IMG/VR virus record: IMGVR_UViG_3300037067_010746
Strand: one strand, 5' to 3'
Origin: an uncultured virus (IMG/VR IMGVR_UViG_3300037067_010746)
Lineage: Duplodnaviria > Heunggongvirae > Uroviricota > Caudoviricetes
Length of the DNA stretch: 22,141 nucleotides
Part shown: positions 1-9,468 of the stretch, in pieces
Layout of the letters: every line of letters starts with the position of its first letter
How positions within the stretch are numbered: the first letter of the stretch is position 1
The notes under the pieces: model-generated
Database searches by the model: none
What the model was told of the DNA's origin: nothing
The model's input: only the letters and a program-made list of their open reading frames with translations
Position numbers and translations under genes: made by a program

Positions 1-320
1 CAGAATTTTTCTTCTTCTTGATATTTATTGATAAGCTTTTTAATAAGGCTTTGGCTAATTAGAATATAGCCATCTGTTATTTTATTTTCTCGCTTAGTAC
101 GAGTATCTGGTTTTTCATCTAAAGCTCCAGGAGGAATAGCATCCGGATTTTCTTTATAGAATACTGTAGTAGATTCTTGATTTGCTTTTTCAATAAATTC
201 ATCATCAGTTTCTTCTGTATCAAAAATCTTTCCACTAAATTCCTGTTCTTTAGCATTCTCTTGCCTACGTTGGACTATACCCTTTTCATGTATATTAGGC
301 TTAGTTATACCATATGACAT
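1..320 (-). CDS. Partial ORF running off the left edge; possibly the N-terminus of a PD-(D/E)XK exonuclease
   Basis: Hand translation from ATG at 320 (overlapping the upstream stop): MSYGITKPNIHEKG...ILISQSLIKKLINKYQEEEKF, open to base 1. The S-x-S-L-I-K segment resembles phage PD-(D/E)XK N-termini and the SSB/ATPase context fits. The catalytic part is not visible. Confidence 0.4.
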   Translation of the reverse strand, partial: MSYGITKPNIHEKGIVQRRQENAKEQEFSGKIFDTEETDDEFIEKANQESTTVFYKENPDAIPPGALDEKPDTRTKRENKITDGYILISQSLIKKLINKYQEEEKF

Positions 321-592
321 TAATAATAATTGTATAAAGTTTCAGCAAACTCTAATACCTTATCAGTAGTATCGAGTTCGCATACGATTACCGACATTGC
401 CGCTCGTCTAAGAGCAGCTTGTCGACAAATTAATGTTTCTTTATTATCACCTTTTTGAACAATCCATTTACCGAATTTATTTGAGATTTTAATAAAGTCT
501 TTAGCAATGACAACTTGACCAAGTTTTTCACAAACTACAGCAGTTGTTTCGGTTGCTACCTGTTTACATATAGAACTATCTTTTTGATTCAT
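320..592 (-). CDS. Hypothetical protein (90 aa)
   Basis: ORF coupled to both neighbours by stop/start overlaps. Confidence 0.7.
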   Translation of the reverse strand: MNQKDSSICKQVATETTAVVCEKLGQVVIAKDFIKISNKFGKWIVQKGDNKETLICRQAALRRAAMSVIVCELDTTDKVLEFAETLYNYY

Positions 593-1296
593 TAGAATGG
601 CAAATCATCTTCATTACCAATATTTGCAAATGGATCAGGATTATCTTTTGCCTCTTCAGAAGATTTAATTCTCGGAGTAAAAGATTTTGATGAACTTGTT
701 GTTGGCTCAATATCTTTATCTACAGAAGTTGATACATCGCCAGTTAATTGAGGAATAATGATATCTTTAACTTTAGAAATTAAGAATTCGTCAAGATCGC
801 TATAATCGCTTTTAATTAAAGTTCCTTTTTTGTCTACGATTTTTTCAATCATAGGAGCTAATTCTTCTCTTGTATACATATATTCAAGTTTAATATCATT
901 AGACTTAACACTTGCATTCTTATATTCTCCTTTGTTTCCAAAGTATGCAATGTAGATATTATCAAAAGAAGTTGCAGTCAGCAATCTATTAAGAATACTT
1001 CTCATTACACCATTCATTTTTTCAAATTTGCATTTAAGCCGATATCGCACTTCTGTTTCGATATCTTTTAATGTGAGAACTACAGTAGGATATACATCCC
1101 CTGATTTTTGATATTCGCCAGTACCAAACTTGATATCGATTAATTGTCCTTGAACATAATCACATTCACTTACAACTTCTCCTTTCTCTCCTTCAGCTCT
1201 GTCAAATACTTCGATGTACGCTTTATCATCTTCTTTTTTTAGATTGATAAACGTAAAGAATAGCGTTTTCCCGCCGGTTTTGTTTCCGTAAGCCAT
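592..1296 (-). CDS. Single-stranded DNA-binding protein-like
   Basis: Beta-rich N-terminal domain, low-complexity linker and acidic C-terminal tail EDDLPF typical of SSBs; lies in the replication module. Confidence 0.7.
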   Translation of the reverse strand: MAYGNKTGGKTLFFTFINLKKEDDKAYIEVFDRAEGEKGEVVSECDYVQGQLIDIKFGTGEYQKSGDVYPTVVLTLKDIETEVRYRLKCKFEKMNGVMRSILNRLLTATSFDNIYIAYFGNKGEYKNASVKSNDIKLEYMYTREELAPMIEKIVDKKGTLIKSDYSDLDEFLISKVKDIIIPQLTGDVSTSVDKDIEPTTSSSKSFTPRIKSSEEAKDNPDPFANIGNEDDLPF

Positions 1297-1312
1297 TTTT
1301 TTAACTTTTTAA

Positions 1313-2713
1313 TTATGATTCTAATATATTGATTGACAACTCTTGTTCACTATCGGCGATAACTCTATCCATAAAGATAATACCATTATATTGTTTTGCA
1401 ATATTAAGCAATTCTGGTAAACGAGTATTATCATAACTTTCAGCACTTCCTATAAGCCAAATTGGTAATGCTTGATTAAGATGAGCCATAAGTTTAATGA
1501 TAATCATACCACCTTCAGAATAACTAACTGAATCCTTTGTAAATGGAATATAATTATTCCCATCGACATAAAAGCATTCGCCATCTTCAATAGATATATT
1601 CTCTACTGGTAATTTATTCTCTTCAATGATTGCCTCTTTTCGTTCACGTTTCTTTTTAATATCAGCATCAAGAATTTGTAATTCGTCAAATTTAACTTGA
1701 GCAACTTTTTTATTTTCAGTATAAGATTTATCTTTAGCTTCGATATTTCTAACTGCTTCAATAAAAGCTTTACCTGATGTTATACGTTCACGAACTTTAA
1801 ATTCATTACCTAAGTCTTTACAGTTATTTACATCTTCTAATGCTTTGATATTTTTATCCTTTAAATCAGGCATAATATTTTCAAATCCTTTTAGCTCAGA
1901 TAACCGTTTTACTTTTTTTTCCTCAAGTGATTTTATTTGTTGAGTAATATCATCGATATCTTCTTTTGCTGAATCTATAAATAAATTATTTTGCAAAATT
2001 GCATCTTTAGTAGTTTTAAGATTTTCTGATAGTTTTGTTGGATTATTCGCAAGTATTTTTTCTAATTGTTGCTCATAAGTATAAAGTAAGTTTTTTGCAG
2101 TTTCAACTTTAGTGATTTTCTCTTTTTCTTCAGGAGTTAATTTAAATTGGTCAACAATACTTTTTGCTGCTTCATATTCTTTATTTATAATTGTACGAGA
2201 ACCATATAAAGTACCAAATTTTGGAGATACTTCATTTTCAATCTTCAAATATTCTTCTCGTGCAATATCAGGTAATAAGTTAAGAATAATTTCAGCTTGT
2301 TTTTTTCTACCTTCTGCTGTTAATCCCCAACCAAACCATTCATCAATAGTAAATGAATTATATTTGAAAATATCTGCAATTACATTATTCCTTGAAGTAC
2401 TTTTATGAACATTAGTATCTGGATCAATAATTACAAATTTATTTGTATCACTTGTAAAATCCCATTTAACGAGATAATTACCACCATTAGCACCATCAAA
2501 AGAAAATTGACCCTTAACTTGTCCATTTTCTTCTCCAAAAGATACATTATCTGTTTTCCTTGCAATGCCAGTAGCCAATGTTGAAAGACCTTGTAAAAAT
2601 GTTGTTTTACCTATATTGTTCGGACCACCGACAACATATACATTACCACTTTGAAACTCATGAGAGAAATCCTTGATTTTCTTAAAGTTTTTAAATTCTA
2701 AATTAAGATTCAT
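1313..2713 (-). CDS. Rad50/SbcC/SMC-like coiled-coil ATPase
   Basis: N-terminal LEFKNFKKIK, Walker A GPNNIGKT, long coiled coil, signature-like SYSEG and degenerate Walker B (WLIGSAESYD). Confidence 0.8.
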   Translation of the reverse strand: MNLNLEFKNFKKIKDFSHEFQSGNVYVVGGPNNIGKTTFLQGLSTLATGIARKTDNVSFGEENGQVKGQFSFDGANGGNYLVKWDFTSDTNKFVIIDPDTNVHKSTSRNNVIADIFKYNSFTIDEWFGWGLTAEGRKKQAEIILNLLPDIAREEYLKIENEVSPKFGTLYGSRTIINKEYEAAKSIVDQFKLTPEEKEKITKVETAKNLLYTYEQQLEKILANNPTKLSENLKTTKDAILQNNLFIDSAKEDIDDITQQIKSLEEKKVKRLSELKGFENIMPDLKDKNIKALEDVNNCKDLGNEFKVRERITSGKAFIEAVRNIEAKDKSYTENKKVAQVKFDELQILDADIKKKRERKEAIIEENKLPVENISIEDGECFYVDGNNYIPFTKDSVSYSEGGMIIIKLMAHLNQALPIWLIGSAESYDNTRLPELLNIAKQYNGIIFMDRVIADSEQELSINILES

Positions 2714-2714
2714 A

Positions 2715-2945
2715 TTAATTTAATTGATTAATAATTGATTTGATTTTTTCGTATTGTTCATTTATTATTACATGCTCTGATGAAAGAAATACTACACATA
2801 AACCTTTCTTTCTTGTTCTCATAATAGCTGTCTGTTTATTTATTGAAATAGATATAGGTAATGTTCTATTTCTTCCTGATAATACAGTAGTTTCGATGCG
2901 AGCTTCTGTTTCAGAATAATTTACTTCAATTGTTCCGTTTAACAT
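2715..2945 (-). CDS. Hypothetical protein (76 aa)
   Basis: Tightly packed ORF in the operon. Confidence 0.65.
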   Translation of the reverse strand: MLNGTIEVNYSETEARIETTVLSGRNRTLPISISINKQTAIMRTRKKGLCVVFLSSEHVIINEQYEKIKSIINQLN

Positions 2946-3826
2946 TAGTCTTCGTTTGAATTATTTTCATCTTCGCTATCATTATTAATCTCTTCATTAA
3001 ATATTTCATCTATTAATTTAATAACATAATCAGATGATAATTTAAAGTCAGGATTTTCCATCGATGCTCGAATAGCAGATATAAACATTAAGAAATAAGT
3101 AGTATCTACACCAATAAGTTGATCTTCTAATACTTTTACATCAAGTAAATCTAATTGATTTAATTGTACGGCCATTTTAAGATATTCTCCGGCATTTATA
3201 CTCCAGCCACGATTAATGAATTTGCGAGTTCTAATAATTGATGACAATGGATATTTACTACCAGTATAACGAAGTTCTCTTGCAAGTAAAGCTTCTGCAC
3301 TCGTTCCTGGAATAACAAGTTTATTATCCCAACTTGACCAATAAGATTTAGTATGTTCAAAATCATAATTAGCATGAATTTCTTCAGGTTCACCATAAAA
3401 ACGAATTACTAATTGGACTTTATCAGATAAAGTGATAGCATTACCAGTAATAAATATTGGTAAAAATGAATTTAGTTTATATGACTTATGAGATGCATTA
3501 AATTTAATAATACCAGCAGACGGTATAAAGATAGAAATTCTTCCATCAACTTCTTTTGTTAATAAAGAAGGAATACTCTTTTTTTGAACAATAGCACAAG
3601 CTTCAACTTGTTTAATATAGTAAGCACAGAGAGCGAGTACTGTTTCCTTATTTCTAAAATACATATCGTAATCATTTACTTCTTCTTGTAGTAACATCGA
3701 AGCAATTGCTCCACCGGTAATGATAGTATTCATTTTTACAAGATTTCTTACTGTTTCATCAGTAATACTGTTACACCATTTAGAATGAATGTATTTTAGC
3801 TGTTTTTCAATTGTTTTTCTTTTCAT
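2945..3826 (-). CDS. Phage nucleotidyltransferase-like protein (Pol-beta superfamily)
   Basis: ITGGAIASMLLQEEVNDYDMYF matches the GG...DxD motif; later YDF and RTRKFINRGW motifs recall CCA/poly(A)-polymerase-like phage proteins. Confidence 0.65.
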   Translation of the reverse strand: MKRKTIEKQLKYIHSKWCNSITDETVRNLVKMNTIITGGAIASMLLQEEVNDYDMYFRNKETVLALCAYYIKQVEACAIVQKKSIPSLLTKEVDGRISIFIPSAGIIKFNASHKSYKLNSFLPIFITGNAITLSDKVQLVIRFYGEPEEIHANYDFEHTKSYWSSWDNKLVIPGTSAEALLARELRYTGSKYPLSSIIRTRKFINRGWSINAGEYLKMAVQLNQLDLLDVKVLEDQLIGVDTTYFLMFISAIRASMENPDFKLSSDYVIKLIDEIFNEEINNDSEDENNSNED

Positions 3827-3841
3827 ATTTTTTATTTGTTT

Positions 3842-4144
3842 TTAATAAATATCAGATTCAGTTGCATCACAATAATCATGAAAGTTATTTCTTATATAAG
3901 AATTAGAAGACATTACTTCACCAGAATTAGGTTCAATAATATCATAATCTGCATCATTTAATTTTGAAAATAAAATTTCTTGTGATAAAACTTTACAATT
4001 ATTATTATCATTACCCAATACTCTAATTAATAAACTTAAAGTATTTCGTACATGATCTTCATCCATAGAACTCACAGTTTGAATTCTACCATCTTTTGTT
4101 TTCCAACATGAAATTGGTTTTTTAATTTTTTTACCGTAGCACAT
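3842..4144 (-). CDS. Hypothetical phage protein (100 aa)
   Basis: ORF coupled to the helicase stop; WKTKDG...MDEDHVRN motif. Confidence 0.65.
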   Translation of the reverse strand: MCYGKKIKKPISCWKTKDGRIQTVSSMDEDHVRNTLSLLIRVLGNDNNNCKVLSQEILFSKLNDADYDIIEPNSGEVMSSNSYIRNNFHDYCDATESDIY

Positions 4145-5574
4145 TAAATTTCTATAAATATATTATAATCTAAAGAATGAACAAATCGAATCAAAGCAGT
4201 ATCATCATCTGATGTATCTTCTCGATTTGCTCCAGTATCGACAATAAACAAATGTCGCATTGAGTCTTTGTATTCTCCATATTCATTCATAAGATCATCA
4301 TATTTCCCAGGATTATTTATTAATAATACTGAATTCGGAATACGTCTAAATGCTTCAGTTCCCTTCATATCCATTAATCGAGGACGGAAAGCACTTTTAA
4401 TACGATCTTCACTTTGTTGACTATCTTTATAATGATGAATAGGAATAATACATCCTTTGGTTTTCTGTCTAATATTTAACATTTGATTCATAACATAATC
4501 ATACATTGAATTTTCGGCACCTTTAAAATCTTCTCTATCGGACAAGGCAAGAACATTATCTACAATTAATACATTAAATCTTCCTGGACGTACTTTGCAA
4601 AAGTTTGCAAATTCATTAGCTATCTTCCAACTTCTTGCAGATTGTTCTTGAAATACAATATCAAAAGAATTAAATTTATCCATTATACCTCGAATAGAAT
4701 TTCTACTGGTATCACTAAATTGTCTTCGTTTGATATCTTTAGGTTTGACAAAAATCTTTGTAGCGAGATATCCTGCTGCAATATCCTTAGCACTATCTTC
4801 TAATGTAACCCAATAGATAGAAACATCATTATATTTCTCAAGGATAGCAAACATCATAGCCATTACAAATTTAGACTTACCATGTTTTGCTCCTCCGGCA
4901 AATAATAATATTTTATCTTTAGTTAATCCAACTTTATTATCAAACTTTTTATATCCAGTTTCCCATACAAACCTATCATTTTCTTCTTCACTCTCCATAT
5001 CATCAAGAAAACTATTAGTTACATCTTGTATAGATTTTGTAGAATCGGCTTTTTCGATACCCTCATTCATTTTAGTTAATTGAAGCATTGTATCATCAAT
5101 AGTCGTAAATATATCCTTAGAGCTATCGAAAGCATCTGTAATCTTTTCGCTACATAGTATAATAAGTCTTCTTTGTAATGATTTTTGTTTTAATATTCTA
5201 ATATGAGTTTGAATATGAGCATCAGTATAAACTTTAGTTCCCATCATTGATATTGCATATGGACCACCAGCTTCTTCAAGGCTACCCATTCGAATTAATT
5301 CTTCAACTACTGTAAGTAAATCAATATCATCACCTCGAGCATATAAATTCTTTATAGCAAGAAATGATAAATTACATGATGGAGAATAGAAATCTCCATC
5401 GTCAAGAAATGTAATAGCAAAACGAGTGTCTTTTGAGTTGGTAAGCATGATAGTACCAATAACGGCTTCTTCTAAATCTATAGATTGTGGAGGCGTTTTT
5501 CCTTCATTATTAGAAGAGAGTAGATGCCTGTTGGCTTTTATCGACTTGGACTTTTTGGGGTTGTTTGGTTCCAT
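4144..5574 (-). CDS. dnaB: DnaB-like replicative helicase
   Basis: DnaB N-domain (PPQSIDLEEAVIG, DFY, IDLLTV, AGGPYAI), Walker A GGAKHGKS, VTLED, Walker B LIVDN, RPRLMD. Confidence 0.88.
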   Translation of the reverse strand: MEPNNPKKSKSIKANRHLLSSNNEGKTPPQSIDLEEAVIGTIMLTNSKDTRFAITFLDDGDFYSPSCNLSFLAIKNLYARGDDIDLLTVVEELIRMGSLEEAGGPYAISMMGTKVYTDAHIQTHIRILKQKSLQRRLIILCSEKITDAFDSSKDIFTTIDDTMLQLTKMNEGIEKADSTKSIQDVTNSFLDDMESEEENDRFVWETGYKKFDNKVGLTKDKILLFAGGAKHGKSKFVMAMMFAILEKYNDVSIYWVTLEDSAKDIAAGYLATKIFVKPKDIKRRQFSDTSRNSIRGIMDKFNSFDIVFQEQSARSWKIANEFANFCKVRPGRFNVLIVDNVLALSDREDFKGAENSMYDYVMNQMLNIRQKTKGCIIPIHHYKDSQQSEDRIKSAFRPRLMDMKGTEAFRRIPNSVLLINNPGKYDDLMNEYGEYKDSMRHLFIVDTGANREDTSDDDTALIRFVHSLDYNIFIEI

Positions 5575-6019
5575 GCAAATTATTTTTAAATTGATTTATT
5601 GCTTCAACGATTTTATCTGGTCCACGAGTATTTAGTACATCTTGAAATTTCTCAGTAATACTACTAAATATTTCAAATGACATATTCCCGAGCATATAGA
5701 AATCACGAGGATTTTTCCCTAAACCAAAATTAGAATCATACATACCATCAGAGATAAATACAATTATACCTTTTTTCTTATCTGTTTTAGCTAAATATTT
5801 AGGATCTTTAGAGCCATGTTTTCTATCCCACCAATCACTATAAGCTTTGAACTTAGTATAAATGAAATCGAAATCCATTGGATCTCCTTGAAATGTTGTC
5901 ATACTGCTTTTTAAGTGTCTTTCAACATATGCAAACATTTGATTTTTATTTGCTTCCGGATCAAGCTTAAACAATAATTCAAATTGTTCAAGCGTCATTA
6001 CTGTTTTTTCTTCTTTCAT
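5510..6019 (-). CDS. Hypothetical protein overlapping the helicase start (possible replication/loader protein)
   Basis: 169-aa ORF directly upstream of DnaB; function inferred from position only. Confidence 0.55.
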   Translation of the reverse strand: MKEEKTVMTLEQFELLFKLDPEANKNQMFAYVERHLKSSMTTFQGDPMDFDFIYTKFKAYSDWWDRKHGSKDPKYLAKTDKKKGIIVFISDGMYDSNFGLGKNPRDFYMLGNMSFEIFSSITEKFQDVLNTRGPDKIVEAINQFKNNLHGTKQPQKVQVDKSQQASTLF

Positions 6020-6237
6020 TAATTATAAATAAAAGGATCTAACACAAAGTAATCGAGTAAGAGCCATCGTTTAAGCTCTAATATGTAGACTTGTATATTC
6101 CCTGATTTATCACGTGCTATACTATCATATTTAGCTGTATAAATAGTTTTTAAGTTTACATAAAGAGGAGCTGTTGGCAATGGTCTTACCCATAGTACTT
6201 CAGGTTTAATTTGTAATTTGTTATTAAGTTCGTTCAA
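6019..6237 (-). CDS. Hypothetical protein (72 aa)
   Basis: Coupled ORF with TTG start. Confidence 0.5.
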   Translation of the reverse strand: MNELNNKLQIKPEVLWVRPLPTAPLYVNLKTIYTAKYDSIARDKSGNIQVYILELKRWLLLDYFVLDPFIYN

Positions 6238-6287
6238 AATGTTAAGTTTTATTGTTTCTTCGAAAAGATATACAAATATACTATTAA

Positions 6288-6761
6288 CTATGAAATTTCG
6301 AGTTCTATAATTCCTGCAGCAGCTTTTAACCGAATGGAATCAATAGAATTAAGTTTAGAGAATATTCTAAACATCTCCAGATTACTATCAAAACTATACT
6401 TAGGAATAAAAATTGCATCTCCATTAGTATTTGTATTAAAGTACCCATAAAATATTCCATCTTTTAGTTTTTGTAAATATCCCCATCGATGATTCTTGGA
6501 GTTAAATATTTTAATGGTTTTCATTTGCTTATTTATACTTGGAGAAGCATAAACAGCTTTACCATTATCAATTACCATTTTACCTTTATCTTTTTTATGG
6601 ACAAGGTACCCGAGTAAGGAGCAGTACCGTACGATCTCATCATATTCTCTACTACTAAATCTTAATCGAGTTAATTCTTCTTTTACGATAGTCTCTTTTA
6701 ATAAAGAGAGTTTTTTGATATCCTCAGTTTTTAGGGAATCGAACAAATTGTTTTTTCTCAT
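6288..6761 (-). CDS. Hypothetical basic protein (157 aa)
   Basis: ORF track; same-strand packing. Confidence 0.65.
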   Translation of the reverse strand: MRKNNLFDSLKTEDIKKLSLLKETIVKEELTRLRFSSREYDEIVRYCSLLGYLVHKKDKGKMVIDNGKAVYASPSINKQMKTIKIFNSKNHRWGYLQKLKDGIFYGYFNTNTNGDAIFIPKYSFDSNLEMFRIFSKLNSIDSIRLKAAAGIIELEIS

Positions 6762-6765
6762 CGTT

Positions 6766-7071
6766 TTAATTATTATTGTTAGGATTATAAATTAGCCATT
6801 TAATAGGCAACATTAGTGATAGAACTACGTAAGTAATTCCAATAGTTATTATTATTTCAATACCTATACCATAGAATAGATAATGAATAATCATTGCGAG
6901 CCACACGCTATTACAGAAATGACAATATCCAAAAGAGTTTCGAATAGACCATTTCATTTTATGAAGGATTTTAAACCACCAATGTAATGGATGTCCAGGA
7001 AACATTAATTTTTGATATATTAATTCTAAACCAGCTATAGCAATTCCGAGTATTATGTAATTACTCAACAT
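6766..7071 (-). CDS. Membrane protein with CxxC (DUF1360-like)
   Basis: Likely start MLSNYIILG at 7071; hydrophobic helices and GYCHFCNSVW motif. Confidence 0.55.
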   Translation of the reverse strand: MLSNYIILGIAIAGLELIYQKLMFPGHPLHWWFKILHKMKWSIRNSFGYCHFCNSVWLAMIIHYLFYGIGIEIIITIGITYVVLSLMLPIKWLIYNPNNNN

Positions 7072-7291
7072 ACCTTTCTTTTTGAATTTGTTTAAACTTT
7101 TTTTTATTGTATGGATAAATTTTACACCACTTATCAATAATAACAGTATTACGCTTATATAAGAGTACACGTAAGTTTCTTGTATATATATTGATAATTC
7201 TGCTTACCGAAGCTAATGATAGCTCAGGAACGTCCTTACGTACCTTTTCGAGCACTCTTGATGCGTAGTCTTTAGGTTTTAATTTCTTCAT
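7061..7291 (-). CDS. Small basic protein, possibly HU/IHF-like
   Basis: Two helices (LSLASVSRIINIYTRNLRVLL) followed by a beta strand (VIIDKWCKI), as in HU; Lys/Arg-rich. Confidence 0.4.
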   Translation of the reverse strand: MKKLKPKDYASRVLEKVRKDVPELSLASVSRIINIYTRNLRVLLYKRNTVIIDKWCKIYPYNKKKFKQIQKERYVE

Positions 7292-7514
7292 TTTCTAAAA
7301 TTAATAAACCTTTATCACTTCTAATGATTTTACCTTTTCTTATAGCACCAATAATTCGTGTATTTTTTAATACACTTACAATTGAAATAATAGCTATTGG
7401 TGGTATCTCTTTTTGTATTTGATCAAACATAATATCGCAATCTACATGACTTGTAAATAAACCACATATTATATCTTCAACTAAAAGAACAAAGATTAAT
7501 GATGATTGTGTCAA
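7272..7514 (-). CDS. Hypothetical protein (80 aa)
   Basis: Overlaps the UDG stop. Confidence 0.55.
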   Translation of the reverse strand: MTQSSLIFVLLVEDIICGLFTSHVDCDIMFDQIQKEIPPIAIISIVSVLKNTRIIGAIRKGKIIRSDKGLLILENEEIKT

Positions 7515-8056
7515 AATAATGATTTTGCTTTAATAAAATCTTTTACAACCTTATCATATAATTCATAATTACTCGAACGTATTAAATTAGTTGGATGTAA
7601 TGTAGGCATAACATGAATACCATTAGGCAATATAATAAATTTACCTCTAAGTTTAGAAATGCTACGTTGCCGAGTTATGGCATATAAAGCTATAGAACCA
7701 AGAGTAATAATTACTGTAGGATTTAAAATAATTTGTTGTGTTTTTAAATTAAATCTACACATGTCAACATCATTATGAGTTATCCTTTTATTACTCCTAC
7801 ATTTAACTGCATGTGTAATATAAACATCATCACGATATATTCCGGAGTCAGTAAGTATACTATTAAGAACAAAACCAACATTCCCAATAAATGGCATACC
7901 ATAAGCATCTTCTTCTTTATTTGGTGCTTCACCAACAATCATGATTTTAGCATTAGGATTTCCTTCTCCGGGAACGAGGTTTAATCGAGAATCGTGTTGA
8001 ATACACTTTTGACACTTCTGAAGTTCTAAGTGTAATTGGTTGAGATTTAAGTTCAT
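7511..8056 (-). CDS. Uracil-DNA glycosylase, family 4 (4Fe-4S)
   Basis: CQKC, VPGEGNPNAKIMIVGEAP, ED..G.PFIG, VKCR, fourth Cys, TLG, MPTLHP. Confidence 0.9.
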   Translation of the reverse strand: MNLNLNQLHLELQKCQKCIQHDSRLNLVPGEGNPNAKIMIVGEAPNKEEDAYGMPFIGNVGFVLNSILTDSGIYRDDVYITHAVKCRSNKRITHNDVDMCRFNLKTQQIILNPTVIITLGSIALYAITRQRSISKLRGKFIILPNGIHVMPTLHPTNLIRSSNYELYDKVVKDFIKAKSLF

Positions 8057-8267
8057 CTATATTTATCAATTTACGTATTGCTTGATAATGTCCTTCAAGT
8101 GCTTTATATAAGCAATTAGAAAATGATATTTCATTTACTCTACTTTCACCACTATTACGGAGATCTTCAATTAAATTATGCATTATTATCATCATATCAG
8201 ATGTTTCTTGATCTAATCGAGAAAACTGATTTTCTATTTTCTTTAATCGTTTAAATATTTTAAACAT
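7953..8267 (-). CDS. Hypothetical protein (104 aa) overlapping the UDG 5' end
   Basis: ATG overlaps the upstream ORF end; 104-nt overlap with UDG. Confidence 0.5.
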   Translation of the reverse strand: MFKIFKRLKKIENQFSRLDQETSDMMIIMHNLIEDLRNSGESRVNEISFSNCLYKALEGHYQAIRKLINIDELKSQPITLRTSEVSKVYSTRFSIKPRSRRRKS

Positions 8268-8565
8268 CTTCCATATCTATTTCTTGTAATAACTTACAAA
8301 TTTGTATTAAGATAATAGTATCTGTTACTGAATAAATAGGTTCAGATAGTATCCCTTGAGATATAAGTTGTTCCAAAATACCTTCATTTTCAGAATAGTT
8401 TTTAATACAAACTTCATTTTTTTCTAAAATAATTTCCGGAACATTAACTGTTACCGTTGCGTAAGGCTCACCACCTTTTGTAATTAACATAAGAGCTATT
8501 CTATCATTATTTTGATATTTGCTTTTCCAAATGTCCATCACTTCACCATTGATTTTTACTTCCAT
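8260..8565 (-). CDS. DUF4313-like phage protein
   Basis: YQNNDRIALML...GEPYATVTVN...IKNYSENEG pattern. Confidence 0.6.
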   Translation of the reverse strand: MEVKINGEVMDIWKSKYQNNDRIALMLITKGGEPYATVTVNVPEIILEKNEVCIKNYSENEGILEQLISQGILSEPIYSVTDTIILIQICKLLQEIDMEDV

Positions 8566-8580
8566 GAGATTTATTATTAA

Positions 8581-8715
8581 TTAATATACATATACTTTGA
8601 TTAATATCCACCAATTAAATATCTTACGATATACTCTAATTGTATGTACCATAATACTGCCATGACCTACTATGACAGTTTTTCTTTTTGTTTTAAATTT
8701 AATTTCTTTATTCAT
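8581..8715 (-). CDS. Small basic ORF (44 aa), not in the ORF track
   Basis: Hand translation MNKEIKFKTKRKTVIVGHGSIMVHTIRVYRKIFNWWILIKVYVY; start overlaps the end of the upstream gene. Confidence 0.4.
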   Translation of the reverse strand: MNKEIKFKTKRKTVIVGHGSIMVHTIRVYRKIFNWWILIKVYVY

Positions 8716-8923
8716 TATCTATTACAAATTTTACATTTAATATTTTTTGTACTGTTCTGCATTTTTTAACTCCATTGTAAGAAAGTCCATTTTGTTGTGC
8801 GTATTGAGGAATAGTTTGTATGTTTAAATATGCTCCTACAAGTTCAATTAATTGAACTAATTCTGTGTTTGAAACTTTACCTTCGTAAATATTTTTTTCA
8901 ACTTCTTGTATTAAATTACTCAT
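8708..8923 (-). CDS. Small putative HTH (excisionase/MerR-like) DNA-binding protein
   Basis: ATG at 8923; C-terminal TIPQYAQQNGLSYNGVKK...ILNVKFV resembles a winged HTH. Confidence 0.45.
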   Translation of the reverse strand: MSNLIQEVEKNIYEGKVSNTELVQLIELVGAYLNIQTIPQYAQQNGLSYNGVKKCRTVQKILNVKFVIDNE

Positions 8924-8973
8924 AATCAACTTATTTTTTTGGTTAAATTTATTGAATTACGTTTAGTAGGATG

Positions 8974-9378
8974 TTAGCACCCATTCGAAAGACGCAGCAG
9001 CACATCGGCATGGCACGGCTTATTTAATGAGCAAAAACATGATAGATTTTTACCTTTAAGAATTGAATAATCGGGCGGAGTTGGTAAACAACTTTGTTTT
9101 AATTCACCTTTTATCCATTGTTCGTAAAGGTCAACAATATCAGATAAATCAAAACCGCCAGCAGCACTCCAATAAATCCAACGGTCTAATATGTTTCGAT
9201 TTGTCGAATAACACATTATCCAACCATCAGGAGTTAATTTAAACGGATTACCAAACTTTGTCGGTCTTCCAACATAAACAGTATTTTCAGGAGTTTTATA
9301 TCCTTTAGCCCTCGAACGCTGAAAACGAACGGGTGCTAACAATATGTTTATGCAATTGGGTTTTTGTGGTGTATTCAT
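8974..9378 (-). CDS. DUF4326 family protein (cassette 1)
   Basis: VYVGRPTKFGNPF...LKGKNLSCFC...PCHADVLLRLSN motifs. Confidence 0.85.
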   Translation of the reverse strand: MNTPQKPNCINILLAPVRFQRSRAKGYKTPENTVYVGRPTKFGNPFKLTPDGWIMCYSTNRNILDRWIYWSAAGGFDLSDIVDLYEQWIKGELKQSCLPTPPDYSILKGKNLSCFCSLNKPCHADVLLRLSNGC

Positions 9379-9462
9379 CTGTATTACAATTTATTAAGTT
9401 AGTACTATTTTTATAGCGCAGTGGCTTATAATCCCCAACTGCACAAACATTTAACGTTGTAA
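9334..9462 (+). repeat. attC-like site A
   Basis: tgctAAC-aat-ATGTTTaTGCAaTTGGG...CCCAAcTGCAcAAACAT-ttaac-GTTgtaa; about 129 nt. Confidence 0.8.
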
Positions 9463-9468
9463 ACAATG

